Positions 57,107 through 64,000 of a stretch of DNA of 64,000 nucleotides are shown here, piece by piece (position 1 is the first letter of the stretch; the number at the start of each line of letters is the position of its first letter). Source of the stretch: Patescibacteria group bacterium (lineage in GTDB: Bacteria; Patescibacteriota; Patescibacteriia; SG8-24; DYFX01); NCBI GenBank assembly GCA_038062835.1, contig JBBTWH010000005.1:20699-84698 (forward strand). Reading direction: 5' to 3'. The position numbers and the translations under genes are program-made. The notes under the pieces were generated by a model. It was not told where the DNA came from, ran no database searches, and saw only the letters and a program-made list of their open reading frames with translations.

Positions 57107-57355
57107 TCAGAAGCGGTAGACGATGCGGCCTTTGGTGAGATCGTATGGGGTCATCTCGACCTTCACCCGGTCTCCAGGCAGCAGCCGGATCCGGTTCATA
57201 CGCATCTTGCCTGAGAGGTGGCACAAGATGACGTGCCCGCTCTCGAGTTTGACCTTGAAGCTCGTGGCGGGGAGAAGTTCCTCGACGACGCCAGCGGCCT
57301 CGATGAAGTCCTTGCCTCCGCTTCCTGCAGCTCCGGGTGGCGTTCTACGAGCCAT
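57107..57355 (-). CDS. infA: Translation initiation factor IF-1
   Basis: [35 protein letters not shown]. Confidence 0.98.
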   Translation of the reverse strand: MARRTPPGAAGSGGKDFIEAAGVVEELLPATSFKVKLESGHVILCHLSGKMRMNRIRLLPGDRVKVEMTPYDLTKGRIVYRF

Positions 57356-57431
57356 GAAGTGGTCGGTCCTGGGCGTGTACCCCGAACCAAAAAATTACGC
57401 AAGTCCCCAAGCGGTTACTTTGCTTGCGGGA

Positions 57432-57460
57432 AGTCTATCAGAGGTGCTGTGGGCCGTCAA
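57432..57460 (-). promoter_or_regulatory. Promoter of the infA-alpha operon
   Basis: TTGACG-N17-TAGACT. Confidence 0.7.
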
Positions 57461-57523
57461 CCCCGTAAAAGGCCTTCGGCCTCACGTGGCGCAGGAGGGC
57501 TAATATCAGCTAAAAAAACGCTT

Positions 57524-58546
57524 TTACGCGGCTTCTATTTGGCGAATATCAGCGGTTTTCTCCACAGCGTGCGGGATGCGGTAAAAGTCCCGGTACCAAG
57601 CCACGAACCTGGCGATTCCGGAATCGAGAGACGTCGAGGGGCGGAAGCCCGTATCGCGGGTCAGGTCCGTCACGTCCGCGTGCGTCGCCGGCACGTCGCC
57701 AGGCTGCATCGGCAGGTAGTTCTTCACGGCCTTCACGCCAAGCGCGCGTTCCAGCGTCCCAATGAAACTCTCAAGCTCGACCGGTCGGTCGTTGCCGATG
57801 TTGTAGACCTTGTACCGAGCGCCCGTCTCGCACGGTTCGGGGATCCTGTCGGCCGCACGCAGGACGCCTTCGACGATGTCGTCGATATACGTGAAATCCC
57901 GCTTCATCTTGCCGTGGTTGTAGACGTCGATCGGCCTGCCTTCGAGGATGGCCTTAGTGAAGCCGAAGAGCGCCATGTCCGGGCGGCCCCACGGGCCGTA
58001 GACCGTGAAGAAACGCAGTCCCGTCGTCGACAGCGCGTAGAGGTAGCTGTACGTGTGCGCCATCAGCTCGTTGGCCTTCTTGGTGGCGGCGTACAGGCTG
58101 ATGGGATGATCGACGCGGTGCTCGACGGAGAACGGGGATTCCGTGTTGGCGCCGTAGACGGAGCTCGAGGAGGCGTAGACGAGGTGCGGGACCTTGGCGT
58201 GGCGGCAGCCTTCGAGCACGTTCACGAAACCGACGAGGTTGCTGTCCACGTAGGCGTGCGGGTTCTTCAGCGAATAGCGGACGCCGGCCTGGGCGGCCAG
58301 ATGGATGACGGCGTCGAACGTTTCCGTCTCGAACAGGCACGCCATGCCGACGCGGTCAGCCAGGTCGAGCTTCACGAAACGGAAGTTCGGATGCGCGAGC
58401 AAGGCAAGGCGCGCCTCCTTCAGGGAGACGTCGTAGTAGTCGTTGAGATCATCTAGGCCGAGGACGGCGGCGCCGCGATCGAGCAGCTTCCGCGCGACGT
58501 GGAAACCGATGAAGCCGGCGGTGCCAGTGACGAGATACGTCTTCAT
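57524..58546 (-). CDS. NAD-dependent epimerase (UDP-glucuronate 4-epimerase-like)
   Basis: [36 protein letters not shown]; start at ATG 58546. Confidence 0.93.
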   Translation of the reverse strand: MKTYLVTGTAGFIGFHVARKLLDRGAAVLGLDDLNDYYDVSLKEARLALLAHPNFRFVKLDLADRVGMACLFETETFDAVIHLAAQAGVRYSLKNPHAYVDSNLVGFVNVLEGCRHAKVPHLVYASSSSVYGANTESPFSVEHRVDHPISLYAATKKANELMAHTYSYLYALSTTGLRFFTVYGPWGRPDMALFGFTKAILEGRPIDVYNHGKMKRDFTYIDDIVEGVLRAADRIPEPCETGARYKVYNIGNDRPVELESFIGTLERALGVKAVKNYLPMQPGDVPATHADVTDLTRDTGFRPSTSLDSGIARFVAWYRDFYRIPHAVEKTADIRQIEAA

Positions 58547-58547
58547 G

Positions 58548-60413
58548 TCAGGCTTTGGGTCCTGCGGGTTCCGTCTCTGCCGCAGTCGGCTTGGAGCCGT
58601 CGGGCAGGACCGCATCGACGACGGCCTTGATGCGACGGATGCCGGCGGAAGAGGCTTCTTCCTTCTGGATCTTGAAGCGTCCGACCTGCGCGGTGTGGCG
58701 CACGTGCGGGCCGCCGCAGATCTCCATCGAGTAGTCGCCGACGACGTAGACCTTCACCTTGTCGCCATAGCGGTCTTCGAACAGGCCGATGGCTCCGCCC
58801 GCTTTGGCGTCGGGCACGGACTTCTCCTCGAAGTGCACCGGCAGGTCGCGGACGATGGCTTCGTTGACCATGTCTTCCACCTTCTTGATCTCCTCCGGCG
58901 TCATCTTGTTCGGATGCGAGAAGTCGAAGCGCAGGCGCTCGGCGGTGATGTTCGAGCCCTTCTGCTCGACGTGGTCGCCCAGGACGTTTCGGAGCGCCTT
59001 GTGCAAGAGGTGCGTGGCGGTGTGCAGGCGCGTCGTCTCCCAGGAGTGGTCGGCGAGGCCGCCCTTGAACTTCTTCTCGGCGCCCTGGCGCGAGAGGTCC
59101 TGGTGCGCCTTCATGGCCTTGTCCCATCCTTCCGCGTCGACTTTCTTGCCGATGGTCTCTTCCGTGAGCTCTTTCGGGAAGCCGAACGATTCGTAGAGAT
59201 AGAAAGCGGTCTCCCCCGGCACTTCGACGTGGGCTTCAAGGTCCTTCTTCAGCTTCTCGACCTCATGGAGGCCGTTCTGGAGCGTGCGCATGAACTTGTC
59301 CTCTTCGGCGTCGAGCGCACCGATGACGCGGTCGCGGTTCTGCTCGAGTTCCGGATAGGCGTCGCGAAAGATCGCGATGGCCTTCTCGGCGATCTTGGAC
59401 GTGAAGAAGCCGTCGATGCCGAGCTGGCGTCCGTAACGGACGGCGCGGCGGATGAGACGGCGCAGGATGTAGCCCTGATCGACGTTCGACGGCGTGATGC
59501 CGCGCGGGTCGCCGATCATGAAGACGGCGGTGCGGACATGGTCGGCGATGATGCGCATGGCGCGGTCGTCGTCCTCCCCCGCTCCGTACGTCTTGCCGCA
59601 AAGTCCGCCTACGACAGCCAACAGTTCCTGGAAGTTCTCAGTGTCGAAGACGGTGGGCTTGCCCTGCATCATCGCGGCGACGCGCTCGAGGCCCATGCCG
59701 GTGTCGACGTTCTTCTGCGCGAGCGGCTCGAAGGTCGCATCGGGAGTCTTGTTGTACTCCATGAAGACGTTGTTCCAGATCTCGATGAAGCGCCCGCAGT
59801 CGCAGTTGGGATGGCACTCGGCGCCGAAACGGGCGTCGTGGGGGCGGCCGGTGTCGTAGAAGATCTCGGTGTCGGGGCCGCAGGGGCCGGTCATGCCGGC
59901 GGGACCCCACCAGTTCTTGTCCTTGGGATACGCGAAGACGCGGTCGTTGAAGTTGGCCTCGATGCCGCGCGTCTGGAAGGCGTCCTTCCAAATGCCGACC
60001 GATTCGAGGTCGCGGGGCGCGTCGGCGTCGCCTTCGAAGACCGTCACGTAGACGCGGTTCGGATCGAGGTTCAGCCAGCGCGGCGAGGTCAGGAACTCGA
60101 AGCTCCAGGTGATGGCATCGCGCTTGAAGTAATCGCCGAGCGACCAGTTGCCGAGCATCTCGAAAAAGGTGAGGTGGCGGTTGTCCCCCACTTCATCGAT
60201 GTCGCCGGTGCGGACGCATTTCTGCGCGTTCGCCAGACGGTTGCCGGCGGGATGCTTCTCGCCGAGGAGATACGGCACGAGCGGGTGCATGCCGGCGGTG
60301 GTGAAGAGGACCGTCGGATCGTTTTCCGGAATCAAAGAAGCCGAGGGGATGATGGAGTGCCCCTTTTCCTTGAAGAACTCCAGGAATTTCGCGCGGATCT
60401 CGTCGGTAGTCAT
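58548..60413 (-). CDS. alaS: Alanyl-tRNA synthetase, short form without C-Ala domain
   Basis: [34 protein letters not shown] and CGGPH editing motifs. Confidence 0.97.
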   Translation of the reverse strand: MTTDEIRAKFLEFFKEKGHSIIPSASLIPENDPTVLFTTAGMHPLVPYLLGEKHPAGNRLANAQKCVRTGDIDEVGDNRHLTFFEMLGNWSLGDYFKRDAITWSFEFLTSPRWLNLDPNRVYVTVFEGDADAPRDLESVGIWKDAFQTRGIEANFNDRVFAYPKDKNWWGPAGMTGPCGPDTEIFYDTGRPHDARFGAECHPNCDCGRFIEIWNNVFMEYNKTPDATFEPLAQKNVDTGMGLERVAAMMQGKPTVFDTENFQELLAVVGGLCGKTYGAGEDDDRAMRIIADHVRTAVFMIGDPRGITPSNVDQGYILRRLIRRAVRYGRQLGIDGFFTSKIAEKAIAIFRDAYPELEQNRDRVIGALDAEEDKFMRTLQNGLHEVEKLKKDLEAHVEVPGETAFYLYESFGFPKELTEETIGKKVDAEGWDKAMKAHQDLSRQGAEKKFKGGLADHSWETTRLHTATHLLHKALRNVLGDHVEQKGSNITAERLRFDFSHPNKMTPEEIKKVEDMVNEAIVRDLPVHFEEKSVPDAKAGGAIGLFEDRYGDKVKVYVVGDYSMEICGGPHVRHTAQVGRFKIQKEEASSAGIRRIKAVVDAVLPDGSKPTAAETEPAGPKA

Positions 60414-60488
60414 GACGGGGTCAGTATAAGCGTGGTTTCGGCGGGTGACAACCCCGAAACATCGAAACCCCTCCGTCTCCGAAGGGGT

Positions 60489-60719
60489 TCATTCTCCGAG
60501 GCTCTCCTTCCGCATCCGACCGTACGCTTCGGCGTTCGAGGCCGTCTCGACCGCCTGTCCGTAGGCTTGAATCGGCACCGTGATGGGCTTCAAGGCGTCT
60601 TCCGTCAGCTGCTCGCCCGTCTCGCGGATCGCGCCAGCGCAACCGACGCCCGCCATCAGCAAAGCCGTGGCGGCGACCAGGAGCATATTTCGACGCACGA
60701 AGCGGGTGACGCGGCGCAT
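60489..60719 (-). CDS. Small putative lipoprotein
   Basis: Hydrophobic signal ending GVGC. Confidence 0.55.
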   Translation of the reverse strand: MRRVTRFVRRNMLLVAATALLMAGVGCAGAIRETGEQLTEDALKPITVPIQAYGQAVETASNAEAYGRMRKESLGE

Positions 60720-60829
60720 GGCGTGATTTCAGGGATACTCTACCACAAGGACGCGCCAGACGGGAAAACCTTACGCGGCACGATTGACTGGAAACGGCTG
60801 CGGCAGTAGAGATAGAAGCAGGAGGAACT

Positions 60830-61468
60830 ATGAGTACAATACGTTCATTCGAGTTCAGGCGCCATTCCATCAAGGATGGCCCGGGGAATCGCACGCTCGG
60901 TCCGCGCGGGTTCGCGCTCGCCAGGGCCGTCGGCAAACGCCAGCTCCGCGGGCGCGGCTTCACCGACTGCTTCGCGACCAATTTCTGGCGCACGGTCCAG
61001 ACGCTCGTCGCCTTCGACGAAGGAGCGGGCGGTGTGGGGGGGATCACGTGGATGCCGGACGTCCCTCCCATCTACGCCGGGCACGATCGGCCGGACGTCC
61101 GCGCCATGTTCCGTGAGTGTCGCGCCGCCGAGATCGACGGCAGGAAGATGCTCGATACCGCGCTCGCTCTCCATCCTGATCTCTGCCACGAGATCGGCAT
61201 CGCGATGAAGTCGGCGTTCCTCGACTGGAACGACGCGCTGCCAGACGACGCGAACGTCCTCATCGTCGGCCACAGCCCCTCGCTCGAGTTCTTGGCTCGG
61301 GCGTTCAGTATACCGATCGGGTCGCTCAGGGAATGCCAGGGCTTCCGTCTTCATGTCGAGGACATGGGACCGCGCCACTGGAGCGCCACGAGCGACCACA
61401 TCTCTTCCGACCTCGACCCTTCCGCTATCCGCGCCGAGCTGAAGCTCGATGAAGAAGCGTGGACGTAA
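60830..61468 (+). CDS. Histidine phosphatase superfamily protein
   Basis: RRHS (RH motif), RTVQT, LIVGH; AGGAGG RBS. Confidence 0.7.
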   Translation: MSTIRSFEFRRHSIKDGPGNRTLGPRGFALARAVGKRQLRGRGFTDCFATNFWRTVQTLVAFDEGAGGVGGITWMPDVPPIYAGHDRPDVRAMFRECRAAEIDGRKMLDTALALHPDLCHEIGIAMKSAFLDWNDALPDDANVLIVGHSPSLEFLARAFSIPIGSLRECQGFRLHVEDMGPRHWSATSDHISSDLDPSAIRAELKLDEEAWT

Positions 61469-61518
61469 AATAGAGTGAGTCGGCGTATCGCACTTCCACA
61501 CGCACCAAGGAGGCCACG

Positions 61519-62682
61519 ATGCAAGACCTGAAGCGACGCGCGATCGACGTGATGCTCGGCATCCACCTCGGCGACGCGCTCGGCGTGCCGTTCGAGATGA
61601 TGTCGCGCCAGCAGATCCTGAACGCGACCGGCGGCGAAGGCGTGACGAGGCCGAGGTTCGACTTCGACCCCGCCGCGCGCAAGCTCCACGACACGCGCGG
61701 GCTCCCGCCCGGCAGCACCTCCGACGACAGCCAGCTGGCTGACGCGACGGCCGAGGGACTCATCCTGGCCGGGCGCTACCACCACGAGCTGCAGGTCCTC
61801 CTGCATCTCAAGGCGCTCTGGCACGACGTGGCCGGCTGGGGCGGCACCACCAAACTCTCGCTCTATGAGATCGACAAGTGGTACCGCGAGGGTCGCAAGG
61901 GCTTCGGCATCCATCCGCCTCCCGACATCAGGAAGCCGAAGGATCAGAAGCTCTGGGCCGAGGCGGTGCCGCGCGACCCGCGCCACCGGGCGCGGCCACG
62001 CCGAAATGCGCGCGGCAACGGACCTTCGATGAAGGTCGCGCCGATCGCGCTGCATATGGCGCTCCGCGGAGGCGGCGGATTCGTGACCGGCGAAGCGCTC
62101 GGCATGATCCTCCGGTTCAGCCGCATGACGCATGAGGATCCGGTCTGCGCGATCGCCGCGTATGCCGTCGCTTCCGCGATCGGCGTCTCGATCACTGAGG
62201 GTCCGAAGGCCGCCAAACGCCTCCTGATGGGACACGTGGAAGCGGCCGAGAACACGCTGGCCTACATCCACCCCAGCGACGGCGTCCGCTTCATGGCGGC
62301 GCTGGCGAAGGCGCTCTCGCTCGCCGACGAACCGGAGAAGCTCTGGAACTTCGGCAGCTCCGGCAGGGCCGACTCGATGACGACCGTGCCGATGGCGCTC
62401 GCCATCTGGTGGCGGCACGCGGAGGACGTCGAACCGACGGCCGCCGTGCTCGAAGCCATCAACGCCGGCGGCGACACCGACACCGTCGCTTCGATGGTCG
62501 GCGCCATGATGGGTGCCGCCGCCGCGCGACCGCACTGGTGGCCGATCGAGTGGGTCGACGCTCTCCGCGACTGCGGCGCGCGCGCCCGCGATCTCGGCGG
62601 ACGTCTGCACGACGTCTCGACGCTCCGGCATCCGCCCGACGGCTTCGACATCGAGGACATCAAGCGCGGACTCGGATACTGA
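61519..62682 (+). CDS. ADP-ribosylglycohydrolase family protein
   Basis: GDALGVPFE, TSDDSQ, GNG, GGDTDTVASMVGA; AAGGAGG RBS. Confidence 0.9.
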   Translation: MQDLKRRAIDVMLGIHLGDALGVPFEMMSRQQILNATGGEGVTRPRFDFDPAARKLHDTRGLPPGSTSDDSQLADATAEGLILAGRYHHELQVLLHLKALWHDVAGWGGTTKLSLYEIDKWYREGRKGFGIHPPPDIRKPKDQKLWAEAVPRDPRHRARPRRNARGNGPSMKVAPIALHMALRGGGGFVTGEALGMILRFSRMTHEDPVCAIAAYAVASAIGVSITEGPKAAKRLLMGHVEAAENTLAYIHPSDGVRFMAALAKALSLADEPEKLWNFGSSGRADSMTTVPMALAIWWRHAEDVEPTAAVLEAINAGGDTDTVASMVGAMMGAAAARPHWWPIEWVDALRDCGARARDLGGRLHDVSTLRHPPDGFDIEDIKRGLGY

Positions 62683-62709
62683 AAGGACTCCCTCGCGGGA
62701 GTCCCTTTT
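62682..62709. terminator. Bidirectional terminator
   Basis: AAAGGACTCCC-TCGC-GGGAGTCCCTTT. Confidence 0.75.
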
Positions 62710-63859
62710 ATTTCTCGATGACGCCTCCCCCGACGACGGCGTCGCCGTCATAGAGGACGACGAACTGTCCTGGCGTGACCGCGCGTTGCGGCCGATCGAA
62801 TCGCACCTCCAATGCATGTGCGTCCTTTTCATCTGATACTTTTTCATCAGATACTTTTTCATCAGATGACGAAACGTCAGGTGTTTCGGCATCAGATACC
62901 AAGGTGCAGGTTTGGAGGGGCTGGCGGTAGCGGATGCGGGCGCGGCAGCGGAACGGGAACTCCGGCGGACGACCCGAGACCCAATGCCACCGCGCCGCCG
63001 TAAGACGTTCCTTGAAGAGAGCGGGGTGATCGGCGCCTTCCGCCACCGTGACCGTCCCCGTCGAGACGTCGATGGAGACGACATAGAGCGCCGGCCCTCC
63101 CCCGACCCCGAGACCGTGGCGCTGACCTATCGTGAAAGACTGCGCGTCGTCGTGCCGACCGATCTCCTTCCCTTCGACGGTGACGATAGCGCCGGGCTTG
63201 GGCGCCAGCTCGCGCTTCAGGAACTCGCGAAGCTCCACCTTGCCGATGAAGCAGATACCCTGCGAGTCCTTCTTGTCGGCTGTCACGAGACCTTTGTCGC
63301 GCGCGTAGGCGCGGACGTCGCGCTTGTCGAGATGTCCGATCGGGAAAAGTACGCGTGCCAGCTGCTCCTGGCCGAGCGCGTGCACGAAATAAGACTGGTC
63401 CTTCTCGCGGTCGAGACCGGCGAGGAGCGCGAACGAGCCGTCGTCCTTCCTGGAGACGCGCGCGTAGTGGCCGGTGGCGATGAAGTCCGCGCCGGCTTCC
63501 AGCGCCGCCTTGAGGAACAGATCGAACTTCACTTCGCGGTTGCAGAGCACGTCGGGATTCGGCGTGCGGCCGGCGGCGTATTCGCGGTAGAGATAGTCGA
63601 CGACTCGGCGATCGTACTCCGCTTCGAAATCGAAGGTCTCGAACGGGATGCCGAGCTGCGCGGCCACCCGCATGGCGTCGCGGCGCTCCTCCTTCCAGGC
63701 GCACTCCCCCGTCCGCGGGTCCTTGCTCTCGGACCAATTTTTCATGAAGGCCCCGGCGACGTCATACCCCTGATCGAGCAACGACGAAGCCGCGACCGAG
63801 GAATCGACCCCGCCGCTCATACCGACCAGCACCTTGGGTTTACCGTCGCCTTTCCACAT
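62708..63859 (-). CDS. mnmA: tRNA-specific 2-thiouridylase MnmA
   Basis: MSGGVDSS, TPNPD..CN, ATGHY, KDQSYF, DSQGICF, PGQ. Confidence 0.97.
   Translation of the reverse strand: MWKGDGKPKVLVGMSGGVDSSVAASSLLDQGYDVAGAFMKNWSESKDPRTGECAWKEERRDAMRVAAQLGIPFETFDFEAEYDRRVVDYLYREYAAGRTPNPDVLCNREVKFDLFLKAALEAGADFIATGHYARVSRKDDGSFALLAGLDREKDQSYFVHALGQEQLARVLFPIGHLDKRDVRAYARDKGLVTADKKDSQGICFIGKVELREFLKRELAPKPGAIVTVEGKEIGRHDDAQSFTIGQRHGLGVGGGPALYVVSIDVSTGTVTVAEGADHPALFKERLTAARWHWVSGRPPEFPFRCRARIRYRQPLQTCTLVSDAETPDVSSSDEKVSDEKVSDEKDAHALEVRFDRPQRAVTPGQFVVLYDGDAVVGGGVIEK
62826..62870. repeat. In-frame 15-bp tandem repeat (x3) inside mnmA
   Basis: TTTTCATCTGATACT, TTTTCATCAGATACT, TTTTCATCAGATGAC; encodes SDEKV repeats. 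Confidence 0.9.
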
Positions 63860-63910
63860 GACGTCCCAAGCTAGCACGAAAAAACGGACCGTTCAAGGTC
63901 CGCTCGTTTC

Positions 63911-64000
63911 TTACGTGGGCTGGGGCACGGGAGCCTCCTTGGATTTCTCGGAGGCTTTCTGCGCCGCAGCGGCCGCGACCAAGGTGTCGTTCAGCTCCTC
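63911..64000 (-). CDS. 3' end of an unidentified gene (truncated by window edge)
   Basis: Open frame ...EELNDTLVAAAAAQKASEKSKEAPVPQPT-stop followed by a hairpin at about 63880-63903. Confidence 0.5.
   Translation of the reverse strand, partial: EELNDTLVAAAAAQKASEKSKEAPVPQPT

Noticed and set aside
58443-60809. 788-aa + strand ORF and similar long ORFs (50160-51917, 55188-56873, 61351-63084, 7763-9199, 3435-4826)
   Set aside because: Antisense or off-frame shadows of clearly identified genes, expected at high GC; no motifs

Overview
64-kb window of a high-GC bacterial chromosome. It is most likely a CPR/Patescibacteria (Parcubacteria-like) genome; this is inferred from CPR-type surface-protein repeats, a short AlaRS, an RpoA lacking the alpha-CTD, and few Shine-Dalgarno sites. 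Housekeeping content: mreBCD-mrdA, greA-lysS...serS, alr-ddl-ftsQ, gltX, a CIRCE-controlled clpB, pgi, def-fmt, a Wzx/glycosyltransferase/O-antigen-ligase cluster, the infA-rpmJ-rpsMKD-rpoA-rplQ-rplM-rpsI operon, alaS and mnmA. Accessory content: a lower-GC putative REase/C5-MTase/Vsr island, a hicBA-like pair, tandem stand-alone M41-like peptidases beside a dif-like site, a cupredoxin plus ferric-reductase pair, APCDD1-like and G8/TMEM2-like surface proteins, and several dispersed hairpin elements with conserved cores but unrelated arms. The most striking feature is an RNA-rich locus at 28.3-29.0 kb. It holds a 72-nt CCA-ending tRNA-like gene with tRNA-Pyl/mt-tRNA-Ser(UGA)-like geometry, the alanine identity pair G3:U70 and a non-alanine anticodon. 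Directly downstream lies a predicted ~63-nt sRNA with its own promoter and terminator, complementary to that tRNA's anticodon arm, D-arm and leader junction. Together they are a candidate RNA-only tRNA/anti-tRNA system. All calls come from manual reading; no searches were run.
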